A stretch of DNA of 54,312 bases, counting the filler, from Sphacelaria rigidula (lineage: Eukaryota), in assembly GCA_964200075.2 (NCBI GenBank). It is 5 parts of 5 records of this genome, joined end to end, with 100 filler letters (N's around TTAATTAATTAA, not from the genome) between each part and the next. Parts side by side here need not be neighbours in the genome. Positions count along the whole stretch, not along the records: positions 21,768 to 32,549 come from CAXNAA020005922.1; positions 32,650 to 43,431 come from CAXNAA020005923.1; 3 more parts are not named here. One strand, given 5' to 3'. Position 1 is the stretch's first letter; each line of letters starts with the position of its first letter. The notes below the pieces were generated by a model that was not told the origin of the DNA, made no database searches, and worked only from the letters and a program-made list of their open reading frames with translations. This document shows, piece after piece, positions 23,677-36,200 of the stretch. Both the position numbers and the translations under genes were made by a program.

Positions 23677-26600
23677 TTAACGGCTTGACAAAAACAAACC
23701 TCATGTCAACCATCACCTATTTATGTCAAACCAGGGGTAGCGCGCCTCTTCATGATTCAACTGAAAGTGATGCCTATTCAACGGATCGCCCACCCTCAGC
23801 AGTCAGGGGTCAGGCGGTTGATGCGCAAAGACTTCTGCGGCGCATGTCCCCCAACAATTCCACGCATGAAGACGGAAGACTTGAACCCAAACCTCGACAG
23901 GCGTAAGATATATTTTCGGAAGATGTCGGGTGACCAACCAAATCTCCACGTTGGAGCTGAGCAGCACCTATTGGTCTGCAAGCAACACCAACAACAACAC
24001 ACTCCGTACTCCGTGGTCCCCACCCACATGCCCCACCCCCCCCAACACATGCACAGTAATAACGCAACCATTACCAAAGCTTTTCCTTGGCCCTTGGCAA
24101 CGTTCCGGTGACCTGCCTAGGTTCCATCCGGGGGGGGTTTAGGGCCCAAGGTATTGACCCTCCCGACAACCACCATGAATCATCTGGGTCGCATACAGTA
24201 CAGTATACATATTTCAAGTGAAGATAATGCCGCCTGAACGAAGCAGTTGACCCAACTTGATCGTCAAAGGGGGAAGGCCAGAGCAGTTCCTATATGACAA
24301 TATTCAGAAGGCATCTCGGCGCGAAACATGGAACTAATAAAATAAGTTGGAGTAGGCCGCCGCCAAGCATACTCGTGGAAGAATGAAGAGCGGTGGTGGA
24401 TGGCAGAGGAGAATAGAAGAGTCGAGAGGAGTAGCGCAGTGGCTGAAGAATCACGGGTAAAATGGTCGCTACGGCACACAGAGTATCGACCTAGCCATTT
24501 CACAAATAATTTCAACCCTTTCGTCACGAGCAGAGATCATCTGTTGAATCCGTATCAATTTGACTTGTAAAATTAGTACATGACTAGGTGACCTACCATC
24601 GCGGTCGGGGTAAAACACTGCTCATTATCCCGTTACCCTGCAACTGCATGAAAACAATATGCATAGTAGTCAACATGCGATAAATGTTGTACAGTCACCG
24701 TGAGCAAAGCACATGCGTCTATAACAGTATTGCTGTACAGTCTGTGTTGTCATGTGCGAGATGCACACACAACGCACCAACACCATGTCCGGTCATGTCA
24801 TACATACGTCAGGAAGTGCAACACAGCGGTCCACCTTACGATATATGCACATGCAGGTGAAGAAGATACATGCACACTTGGGTATAGTTGGAAGAGTCAG
24901 AAGAGCACAGTCGGTGCATCAGTAGAAATGATACTCGACGCGCCATGTGCCAAATCTCGCATGTTTCTCGAGTATGTTCAATTTTGCTACGCCATAACGC
25001 GGTGCGCACGTAGCGGCTGGCTCGCTAATTTGTGTCGTGCGAGTCTAGAAAAGTATAACTACCTGCCGAGAGTCACTCCGGGCCGTCGGCGATTGTTGAT
25101 CGCACAGGCATCGATTCGATGCGGGACACGAAGATGGTAGGTACATTTTTCAAAATAGCAAGCACTCCACACGTGACCGCGTGGGCACCACAGTTGCAAT
25201 GTGGCGAAATCAATTTGATGGGAACTAAATAATCAACGCCATGACGCAGGGCTACGGAGCCACGATGGATTCAACACAGAGTAACGAGTGAGGGGGAGAG
25301 AGCGGGAGGGCGGAAGAGGGGGGAGGTGCAGGGGAAGAGGCAAAGGCGACCTTCAGCAACGGGAGTGTTGATCAGAAATTCGGAATAAAAATCTTGAAAC
25401 TTTAGCATCAGTTCCCCCCCGTAAAAGATGCAAAAAACTCGAATTCCAACATGGCATCCGCCCGATTGCGCAGGGTAAGATGGCGGTGAACAGATCGTAT
25501 TTTCATTTACTCAATGACGGGGATATAAAACTTCTCCCATACTAGGAGATCAAGGTGGTTGATGGGTTTCATTCTCAATGGCAGTCATATCTCGTTGGAG
25601 CTGTCGGCGAAGGGCTCCACGATGTGTTCCATGGATGTCACCACCGTGCTGTAATGTGCTGTACCTTGAAGCGAACAATGTTATGGTTCGATGGACCACG
25701 TATTCACGTGCTCCATTCCTCATCACTAGTCTTCCGCCAGACCACCACAAACAAATCTCCGTAACCTCTGCCTTCCGCCGCACCCACCAATATTTTTTCC
25801 CCGATCAACTTTGACGGAACAGAAAAATAATATTAACTGATATAAAAAAAGAGCACAACATCTTTGGACAACTAATTTTAGCGCATCAGCCGTATGTTTT
25901 GTTCCGACGGAAAAATCAGGAGAAAAAAAGAGCTGTTGAGGTTGCCGAGCAGAGGATCTACCTAACGGGGGGGCACAGCAAAATATTCTCCACTCGCCAT
26001 CATATCCCCGACAACACCCTACAGCAGCCCCTGCATGTAAGGGCAGCGGAGACCTGTTTGGGTCCATGACCAGGGGAAACGGCCGAAAAAAAATGGCGCA
26101 ATGTGCTGCTGTACTACAGAGGTTCACCGGTGGAGGCTCTCGTCTCCCGCCCAAAAGATACGAAGCTTTCTTTACGCAGGCGCGAAAGTCAATTGATAAG
26201 ATGATCCCAATCCATTCGCCCCGCAAAACAACAAACGCCGGGCGTCGTTAGCTTTCGGTTTTTGTACTAGCTTCCTTCGGACGCACACGTGCATCAGCCA
26301 GGGTGTATCCAACGCGAGAACGACGTCAACATGAGTCGAGATTCAAACTGAAAAACCACTGCCGACGAAAAAAATATGGCTCAACACGAAGTACAGGGTA
26401 GTGTACAACAACGCAGTTACACGAATATGTGTCTCAAGTATGTTCCATGTGTGAATCACCCACGGCATCAAAGAGAGGATATACGTGTAGCTGTGCATCG
26501 ACAAAGATAATCAGTCATAAGGAGGAGATAAAAAGACTGCACCGATGCGGAAAGGTTGGAACGGGTGTTGGGGGTAGTAACTTTTTGTCATACAAAGCAC

Positions 26601-27878
26601 GATGTGAAACTCGCACCCAGACAGCACAACACCGCAGAGAGTAAGCCTCTGCGGCAAGGGACGACTTTGCTCACATGTCTGAAAACCTGAAGAACAAAAA
26701 AGTACTTCCGCGTCCAGATATGACGGCCAGAGGGGCGTAGAAACCCAACGGCCAAAAACCAGCACTTTCTTATGAATAAACGAGATATGCGTTTTGAGAA
26801 AAATAAAGCCCTGTGGACAAAAGGGTGAACGTCAAAAACCTTTCTTGCTGTGCTTGGACAACCGTAGCTGTAATTGATCATGAGGGGGTTATGGCCCGAT
26901 GAAAAAGGATGAATGCAATGGGGCGGGGAGGCTTGCGATCATTCTTCTGTACAGAGCATAACCATAGTACGCGAAGCAGTACTGTAAAACACAAATAACG
27001 AGTGATGCTTGCTGGACATGTGCATTCAAACAGCATTGTTGCCTGCCTTTTATAAGAAAGACAAGTCACTACTGTTGTGGTTTCGTTTTTGATGGATGTG
27101 GATGGATTTGTCAGGTGGTGTTTCGTTTTGTCGTATGCACTCGGTTTCTCTTGACAGCTCAGGATTGCCATCTTCGCAATGGCGTATTGCATCACATGCC
27201 ATGACGACACAGCCATCGTTTGGAAATGCGACACACCAGTGGAGGCAACCTTAACCCATACTCTTCAAGGACGGACACGTACGTCTTAATGTCGTTCACT
27301 TGCACCAGAACTAGCGCAGGTGCAAAGAGCGCAGTACGGTACAGTTATACAGTACAGTCAGTACATCAATAGAAGAGAAGCCGGCGTTCATGAATCTTGG
27401 CCCGTGCAAAAAAACAAGAGTAATTTCTCTGAAGTAGCCTCGAGTGAATCACCCCTTGCCGCTGGCTTTTCATCACAGACTTGCGCTAGGTCCCATTTCA
27501 CAATCGGATATATAAGTATCAGGTAGTTAAACACGAAAGCAGCAGTTTTTCGATGAGATTTCACGTTGGCTCACAAGTACAAGACGGAGGAGACATGCAA
27601 TATACGTCACACATCGAGTACCCCCCACCGCTGCTGTCCTCACCAGCCAGGGGACACGAGTGGGTAATTTACGTCACGGCTGCTGAACTCCTGTTTTTTC
27701 AAGACGTCAAAAAAAAAGGGCTCCCAGACTCATGAATATACCGAAAATAGTGAACAGTTACTATAACCGAGTAAAATGGACCATTAATTTGGTCATAAAT
27801 ATAACATACACTCTCAAGATATGTTTACTCTCGTAATAGACCTTATATTTACAATCGAAACAGAGTACAACATCCCAC

Positions 27879-28466
27879 CTCACTGCAAACAAAGCGATAT
27901 CGCTCCAGCTTTTGCCTCTTCTTTTCAAGCTCCGTGGGCACGCACTCTCCGCCAGGATCTATGGTAAGCATGGGCGCCATACCAAATCTCATGCCCGTCG
28001 GTGTCGTGGCCGCTGGCGATGGCAAGGGACTGAAATCTACATCCCGCACAGCCCTACCCTCCTGCATGTGCTGCTGCTGCTGTTGATATTGTTGATGTTG
28101 TTGCTCGATGGCATCCGACACCATGCGAGCAGAGCGCAACGCGCTCTCTTTCGCGCCGGCCGGAGATGGGGACGGCATCACAAAATTGTGAATACGATGA
28201 TGTGAAGACGACGAGTAGGACGGAGGGACAGCCGGGGACACCGCCGCCGCCGCGCCACCCGTCTCTATCCCGATCGAAGCTGGTATCAACAACGACGTTG
28301 GGCGACCACCTCTGTTTCGGCTATGATGCTCCGTTTGGCAATTAATATTTGCGGAGGTATCGCCGCCTGTGATCCCACTCCCTCTCCCTGAGCCAACTGC
28401 GCTTGACTTCACCGGGCTGTCGCCCACCCCACCGCCGCCCACGCGAGTCACGAAATCGTCTTCCAT
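27879..28466 (-). CDS. Probable first coding exon; possibly a MAP-kinase/dual-specificity phosphatase N-terminus
   Basis: 196 GC-rich codons from ATG 28466 to GAG|gtggga. Ser/Pro/Gln-rich, ending ELEKKRQKLERYRFVCSE, which recalls the segment preceding the DSP domain of plant-type MKP1. No catalytic exon was found in the contig, so the product is tentative. Confidence 0.55.
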
Positions 28467-29281
28467 GATGGCTCCTCCTGTTGGTGCTACTGTTATAGAA
28501 CCCTCCTCGCCTCCTGGGACGGGGCCTGAACGCGATGCCTGGCAGCCCCCGATGGTGGTAATCGCCTGTAGGGGTTGTCGTACTGGCAGTGAGACAGCAC
28601 AAGCGATACTACACCCTGGACAGCAAGTGAAATAAAAAATTACATCATATTGAGCTTTTTGGAAAATGACACACGTTAGTACATAATTTGATGTATCCAA
28701 GGCAACAACGAACGAGAGAGCGTTCCCAACGCGAGTGTTATCGTAGAGGTCAATCTGGTCATCGTTTCGCTGTGGTTTCATATCTACCGTTGTATTTTCC
28801 TGTTAACGATTCGTCGTTTGTCCATTTCATTGAAGCGGCGGTGTTTCTCCTGTAATGGTACCCACTCCTGTTTGTCAAGACAGTATTTTGGATATTTGTC
28901 GATCGGGGAGGCCAGGGCGGCACGGCCTGTCTTCATGCTTTTGCTCGAGCGCAAACCGTTGGTGCGATTCCGTAACGTGGTGAGCATCATAAATTTTCAA
29001 TATCAGACGAAACATGGGCATCCTCCCTTGTTGCACTGGTCGAATGATTCGCTAGCTCTGTTGGCGTTGCTCACGAACAGGACAAAACGCGATCCAGCAC
29101 GTTGCATATCCCATCGAGACAGGACCCTGGCAAACAGGTCCGCAACCCGCGTGCAATCCGAGAGGACACATGTATGTGAGCGCTTTTCGTCTGGACGAGA
29201 TCATACGATCATGATGCGCGCGCCACGTCATGCGCAATAAAAAAAGGCTTGAGAACATTGCCGCCGACGCTGGTGCTATAG

Positions 29282-32261
29282 GTGTTTCTATTGTCACTGG
29301 TGCTAGCGACGGGAGGCGCTACAAGCAATATTTCCACCATCTCTCCGCGAGAAGCCGTTCAATCCAGGGAAAGTTTAAGTTTACGACGGGCCCGGTCCAT
29401 GCGAGTCATCTCGCCCTTGAACGACGCGTTGGTCCGTACCGGTGCGGTTCTCGTTGTTTTCGAGACGCACGGCTTTGCAGCATCAGCGCGAACTCCAATT
29501 GAGGTGTGTATGAAAGGGTGAGATATGTTTTGAACATCAATGTTTCTGTCGATAGTCTGAGATAGTGACAAATTATTTATAAAAGATAATGGTGTAGATG
29601 TGTCGAGTATAGAATTGAAGTCAGGGTGCAAGCACCAGTCCATGTACTCTATCATGTGTTACAGCTGTTGAATTTGTCCTTGCCAAATTGTAACGAATCC
29701 AAGAGAGGCATGTTTCTATTGACACAGAGTGTATGAATGAATTCTGAATTGATTAATGTATTGACAATGGACGATCAGAGTTTTCGGGGCGGAGCTTCGG
29801 CATGGAATAACCAGTCATGATTTTTCGTGTAAACGTTTTGTTTCTTGTGTGTCAATATAATTCATGAGTAGATTTTGTTTGGTTGGGCAGGATTGGGTAG
29901 GGTTGAGAAGCCTTGGTTAATTTTCGGGAGGGGACGGGGGTGAGGGGGGTCGTTAGGGTTTTTTGGACGAGGGAAAAACAATATATACGAGGAGGGAGCG
30001 AGGGTTATTATACGCTGCTTGTTTGCCACGACTGAATAATAAATCGAAAGTGCGTCGACTGCATTGTACCGTCGCTTGTTCACGATGCTGCTTTACGCAC
30101 GCAGCCCGATGTAAGGCGCGTGAAATTAGGGTAAGGCTTGGTGTATAAATCGTGGAGATACGGAAGCGCGTTACTTCCTCCTGTTGTGGCACTTTGTACA
30201 TGATAATTAGGAGGCGGCCTTTCACTTAGCCTTTGTTCTCCAGGCCATATTTCTTGTTTGTAATAAACAAGCAGAGCTCAATTTTGTATTGTAAAAAGTA
30301 TCCTGGGGCTCGGCCATGTGATCTCTGCCCCGCACGTGACAGGTGCGCGTACCACAAAACGGAGTTCAACCCGCCCTTCTCGAGGAAGGCAACAAGTTAA
30401 CCCTCGACATACGAGAACCTTGCACACAACTGGTGCAGCTGGATGCCATCGTGGGCGGGCAATGCGTGTCGACTTCAGTGCTATTCTCAACAGTGCTTGA
30501 CGCTACCGAGATATCGAATAGGCGATTCCCCTTACCTTCAGACGCTGCGTGGGGAGCGCCGACAATTCGGATTTATTCGCAAACGGTCAAGCACGGAAAC
30601 CTTGCCCGGCGTGAGGTAGATCATGTTGCTACATCAGTAAATAATAAACATGGAAACATGGGATCAAAGACGCGCATAGTGGAGAGCGCGGCAGCAGCGA
30701 GTGGGCAAGACGGCAGCAGAACGATTCGCAACCCCGAGACATCAAGTCAGGGATCGAAAGGAGGTCACGGCCGTGGTATGAGAGACGAGGCAGAGGTAGG
30801 ACGTCATGATTCAGAAAAGGAGGGGTCGGTATCATCGACGACCAAATTAACATGGCAAGTGGACGAGAGCACAGTGAAGGGTCCTCGTGCTGGCGATGCA
30901 ACACAGCAGGGGCTACAGCGGAGTAAAAAATTGTTGTCTCTACTTTTCGTGGGGTCGCTCTCATTCGACGGCCAAAAGGCAATTTGGCTGCAGCAGATGG
31001 AACACCTTCCTCGACATCGGTTCTCCTCGACTTACATGACTTTCCAGAATGGCGATCCCAGTATAGAGCAGCCCGCTTCATCGGCTACGACAGGGGGGGC
31101 GTCGCATTTGGGTGGCGTTCTCGAGGTAAGACTTCAGCGGTCCGGAGTTACACTAATCAAGGTTCCCGCACCGCGGCTTGATGTGGAAGACTGGGGCGAG
31201 ATCGACCACTTCGTGGGCAGTAACCGTGGAAGCGATAATATCCACGCTAAGGCATCGCAGCACCCCGGCCTTCGAGAGGCGGCATTTTCAGCTGTTCTCG
31301 AGAGTTTGAAGAAGGCATCTGGAGACCCCGCGCTTATGAACCCCTCCTGGGCGCAAGAAATGTTTTACTATATCGCGCAGGCGGTGACTCAAGTATCCCC
31401 TGACGTGCTCATTTTGGGAAATGCGAAGACCCTTGGGGATGCGGTGTTGACCCAAGCCGCAAGGTGGGCCATGGGACCCCATGGCCGCATTGTCATGGAT
31501 TTTCCCAACATCAATCCTGCCCCAGGGATCACGGCAGATGTGCTTGCGACGCCGTCCCACTATGTTGCACGACATTTCACCACCGAAACCCTGGCTGTTA
31601 TGACTGGAGCGCAAGTTGTGGTAATTCCACCCGGAGTGCCAAATGAAAGAGAATCTCTGGTGAGGTTCAAGTTTGTTATGGGGCAGGGCGATAGTAAAAT
31701 GTCGGGCGAAGATTGCAGCGGACTTCTGTGCCGTCCTACCTGTCGGGGTGGGACAGCGGGGCGTGGATCGTGTGACCCGTTATGCACGGTGAGCAAGTTC
31801 ATGCTTTCGTGTCTTCAACGCACGATATAATCTTCTGATTCTGCACAGGATGACTTTTGCGTTCACCGGTTTTTGTCCTATTCGATAGGGGGGAAACGCC
31901 CGCAAGATGTTGTATCAGACAGATACTCGTAATCAAACTGAATCTGTTTGTGAGAAAGACCGCCGCCATCGCTGGGGACATAGCACTGTCCTCAGCAACG
32001 CGGTGAAGGAATCTGCTTTAAACCATGGACCCTTTACCCTCCCGCCGCCGCCCTCCGAGCGTTTCCAAATGTGTATGCCGCTGTGGCATACAAGGTGGTC
32101 GGTTTCGTAGGTCGCCTGGCTCCCGAGAAAGGTCCGGCGTTGTTCTTGTCTGTGGCCAAAGAACTGTCCCAATTACTACCATCTGTACGTTTTGTGGTTG
32201 CTGGGGACGGCCCGCTCCGGACCGCGCTAGAGGCCATGGCTGACAGAATAGGAATCGCAAG
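29282..32261 (+). CDS. Glycosyltransferase family 4 (Glycos_transf_1, GT-B fold) protein, partial
   Basis: Exons ~29282-29503, 30343-31788, 32095-32261. The last encodes VVGFVGRLAPEKGPALFL...VRFVVAGDGPLRTALE, the GT4 C-terminal domain motif. The 482-aa exon has GT4-like N-domain features (LFVGSL.FDGQK, VLATPSHYVA, VIPPGV). The N-terminus is hydrophobic. The 3' end is truncated by the contig end and the start is uncertain. Confidence 0.82.
30343..31788 (+). CDS. GT4 glycosyltransferase, large internal exon
   Basis: gacag|GTG ... TGCACG|gtgagc; 482 open codons. Confidence 0.85.
32095..32261 (+). CDS. GT4 glycosyltransferase exon (catalytic C-domain start)
   Basis: GFVGRLAPEKG and FVVAGDGPLR motifs. 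Confidence 0.88.
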
Positions 32262-32436
32262 GTGACGATTGCGTGTAAAGCGATTGGCTTCGTGACTGGC
32301 CTGAGTTGAATCACCGTGGCGGGATATGGTATTCATTGTAGAATATAGTTCCGAACTTGACGTACTAGATGCGTCGGGCATACCCATGTTTTTCACCTCC
32401 TATCTTGTCATACTTTGAACCCCCCCCCCCCCCTCG

Positions 32437-32549
32437 TGGAAGTGGAAGTGGCGATACCAGATAATCAAGCAACTCATTTAGCAGGGTGCAGCTCACCCTT
32501 CATGCGAGTCGCCGAACACACCACGGTGCTTCGCGCTTGGTGGTTTGAG
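32437..32549 (+). mobile_element. Family B fragment at contig end
   Basis: gcagctcacccttcatgcgagtcgccgaacacaccacgg is the reverse complement of the family B core; preceded by a C-run. Confidence 0.75.
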
Positions 32550-32649
32550 NNNNNNNNNNNNNNNNNNNNNNNNNNNNNNNNNNNNNNNNNNNNTTAATTA
32601 ATTAANNNNNNNNNNNNNNNNNNNNNNNNNNNNNNNNNNNNNNNNNNNN
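32550..32649. other. Artificial contig spacer
   Basis: N44-TTAATTAATTAA-N44. Confidence 0.98.
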
Positions 32650-33108
32650 AAAAATAAAGCAGGAAAAGAAAGCAAGACAAAAACCCAACCAATAAACCAA
32701 CAAACCAACCAACCAACCAACCAACCAACCAACAAACAAGTATAAAACATATATATATATATATATAATAATGAAAAAATAAAATAAAATAGAATAAAGA
32801 AAATATAATACTTCGTATAAAATAGGACATAAAGTATAATAAATTAAAGATAAATCGATCGGTTGATCGATCGACTGTGTTGCCGTTACGGAATCCGCCG
32901 GCACGACTTTAAAAGCCACGGGATGACAGGTATACATACCTTCATGACGACAAAAATAACTAGAACACTTTTATATACTGCACACAAAACGTTCTTCGCC
33001 GCAGGTATGGTATCAAAGGTACGACTGTACATACGCACACACACGCACAAAAATCCAAAATGTGTGTGTTTCCAGCAACGGAAGGAAGAAATGAATATGC
33101 TGCGGTAC

Positions 33109-33217
33109 CTCGCATAACGAATAAGCAGTGTCGGGCCCCGTGCTATTCCCGAAGTCCGCCTCATCTCCGGGGGCCTTCTGCATGGAAGCAGCCAGCATCA
33201 ACGGCGTAAATCCGAAT
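33109..33217 (-). CDS. Ankyrin-repeat gene exon
   Basis: ccag|(K)FGFTPLMLAASMQK...AYSLCE|gtaccg. Confidence 0.8.
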
Positions 33218-36200
33218 CTGGATCATGGATCATGACACCACACGGACAACAGCCATCGGGAAGGGAGGGGCGAGGGGGGGAGGGGGGGGCTTCGTCCAAT
33301 TTGTTGAATAACAAAGGAACCTACCTCTCTATGAGGGGTGGAGTGTCGCATGAAGGAGTGACAAGTTCGTAAGCATACGGTCATTGCCGGTCTAGAGACA
33401 GAGAAAAAAGAGCAAGTAGCAAAATAGTTGCGGAGAGCCGTCTCGCGGTAGAGGGGTACGTGCTTCACTTTCCTACAAATGTTCCCTAGTCCCAAATAGC
33501 CACCCCCTGGAAATCATTGATTGACACCTCGAGTATACAGCCTGGGGGAAATGGACGGATTCATTTGGTTCGTTGATTGTCGCACATTCACCGATCCCCT
33601 CTACAAATCCAGCCGTGTATATTCACAAGAGATGAAAAACATGAGAACTCGGAAACGAAAAACAAGAGTTATGAACGCGGGTAGACCACGTACTTGAGGC
33701 AAAAAAATAAAATAAACGCGCACGCGCTGGGGGGGGGAGGGGAAGGTTGACAGTGGGTGTGGAAAAGAAAGGAGTACAGGAGCGAAAGTCCCACCATAGT
33801 GCGGTGCCTCCGATCTTTCTATAATGCGATCAAAATTTGAAAAACTTGACGATAGTAAAGCGATTGGATTTTGTGATCTAATTCTCGACAACAACACGCC
33901 AGGCATGTACTCTATGTACCGGGTGTGGGGGGAGGGGGGGGGGCTTCATAGAGTGAAACTACCACATCCTGGACGACATATAGTCAATAGTTGCATTAAA
34001 CAAGAAACATAATGCGTAAAATATAGGCCTATTGCAACTGTGGACCATATATTGTCCAAGGTGCGAAGACTGCGGACTCGTCCCGAGGAAGGAAGAAAGG
34101 AAGGAGAGAAAAGGAGAGGAGGAAATGAAATAGAGTATGATAAAATAAAATAAAATCAACGAAGACAAAAAAAAAAGGGAGTCATGACCATGAGTGCCTG
34201 TCGAGAACTCATCACCTTGTTTTTTTGTCGTTCCATTTGTCATACCCCTCTTTACACAGGTACGGGTTGGGTACGAGATTAGTGGAACCAACGAGGATCA
34301 TGATCCCATTTCAGTATTGTGGGGCAAAGCTTCTCAGCCTTCCTCGTCGGGACGAGACTATCATGTCAAGGGATCAAACCAGCTCTCCTCGGGCATACAC
34401 CTACCGCGCTCTCGGACTATCGAGCTCTGGAGCACACCCTGGACAATATATTATATTGCCAAAAAATGTTCTGGGTACAGCATGGAATCTATTGTCTGTT
34501 GCAATAGGCGCAACAGTCGATACTGTACGCAGTACACTTTTTTCTTTCCCGGTGCATATTCTGATGTCCAGGGTATGTATGCTCTGCAGCAGCATTGCCG
34601 CACTCCGGAGACTGTTGTCGTACGCCGTACACTTTTTTTTTTCCGGTGTATATTCTCATGTCCAGGGTATGCTCTGGAGCAGCATTCTCGCACTCCGGAG
34701 ACTGTTGTCGAAATATTTTGCGCTACACTGGATTGACACAGATACTTTGAAATCCTTATCCTGTGTGATTATTTGGGTATGGAAAAAATATATATATCAT
34801 CCTGTGTGTTTCTATACAAACTGTGAAACTCAGATTCAGCGCATTAAAAATAGCCAGCAACGTGAGAATGGGGAGGGGGGGGGCTGGGTAAGCGTACTGC
34901 AACCAATATTCAGCATGAAAAGTTCATGATTTCCAGCCAGTTCCAGCCCTACCGCACACTAAATCCCCCAACATCGCTGAAAAAAAGAGTCGTTGTACGG
35001 CCGCCAAGCGTAACAGTGTATTCAGTGTACGCACGTGTGCAGCTTCGCGCAGACAGGTGGGTGGTAAGTATACCTACTGTAAACATGACCACAGTACAAA
35101 ATTATCACGGTGACGATTCTTTTAGAGCGTGGGATGCAGTACAGTGCAGAACAAAATCAAGATGATGCACAGGAGAAGAACAGCATAATGATAACCCCCC
35201 CCCTCACTGAACTCACTTGTCCACTTCGTTGACCAAATCCAGCAGAATGTCCCCGCTTCCCTTCCCCCCCCTTTCTCCTCCCCCTTCCCCTCCTCCACCA
35301 CCAGCCCGCTCCTCTGTCTCCGACCCCACATCCACATCCATCTCCGTATCAGCCTCGGCCGCCGACCCCGCCCCCGCCTCCTGCTTCACATCGTCAACTG
35401 CGTGCGACTCTTGCCCCGGCACCGGCGCCGGGGCCACCAGCGGCGCCGCCGTTGGCGCCGCCGCAACCACAACACCATCATCACCGCCGTTGTTGCCCAC
35501 ACGACCGGCATTACTAACGTTCTCTGCCGTTGCTAGAGTTACTGCCGCTGCTAAAGCGCCAGTTTGGGCGGATGTGCCCGCCCCGCCCACTGCCGCGAGT
35601 GTTCCCGCTGCCGTCGCCGCTGCTGCTGCATCTGTTGCTGTAGCGCTGCCCGACATTAATGCAGTGACCTGGCCGTTCGCTTGTGGCGGTGGCGAGACCA
35701 CTGCGGGCTCAGCCGGCGCCGCAGACCCGGGAGGAGTTAGGGTGGAAGCAGCTACGGGTGCGGCAGCAGTGGCCGCCGCACCGGTCGCCGCACCGGCCGG
35801 TGTCACCGCTGTCGCAGGCGAAGCCGGTGCGCCTGGTAATGATGATGGTGCCGTTGACGCTGTAATTGGTGAGGCGCCGGCGGCGGGGGCAGGGGCGCCG
35901 GCAGCCGTGGTCGTAGTAGCAGCAGTGTTGCTTGTGCTAGGTGTAACACCAGGTGTAACACTAGGCGCGCTGGTTGCGGCGGCGGGAGTGCCCCCGGCCG
36001 CAGCAGAGTCGGCGGCAGCAGTCGTTGTAGTGGAGTTACTGCTGCTGTCGGCCGCCGAAGTTAACGCGGCCGATGCAGCTATTGCGGCAGACGCCGCACC
36101 AGCAGCACCCGTTGCCGCGGCTGGACCCGCTCCCGTCGTTACACACGGCGCTGTCGCTGGTGTCACCGCGCTCGCCGCCGCGGCACCCTCCCTGGCGGCC

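Noticed and set aside
24295..24350. Hammerhead ribozyme / Penelope-like terminus (…cgaaacatgg…aataaa)
   Set aside because: It lacks the CUGANGA core; the other CTGANGA hits I inspected lacked a proper stem II and GAAA.
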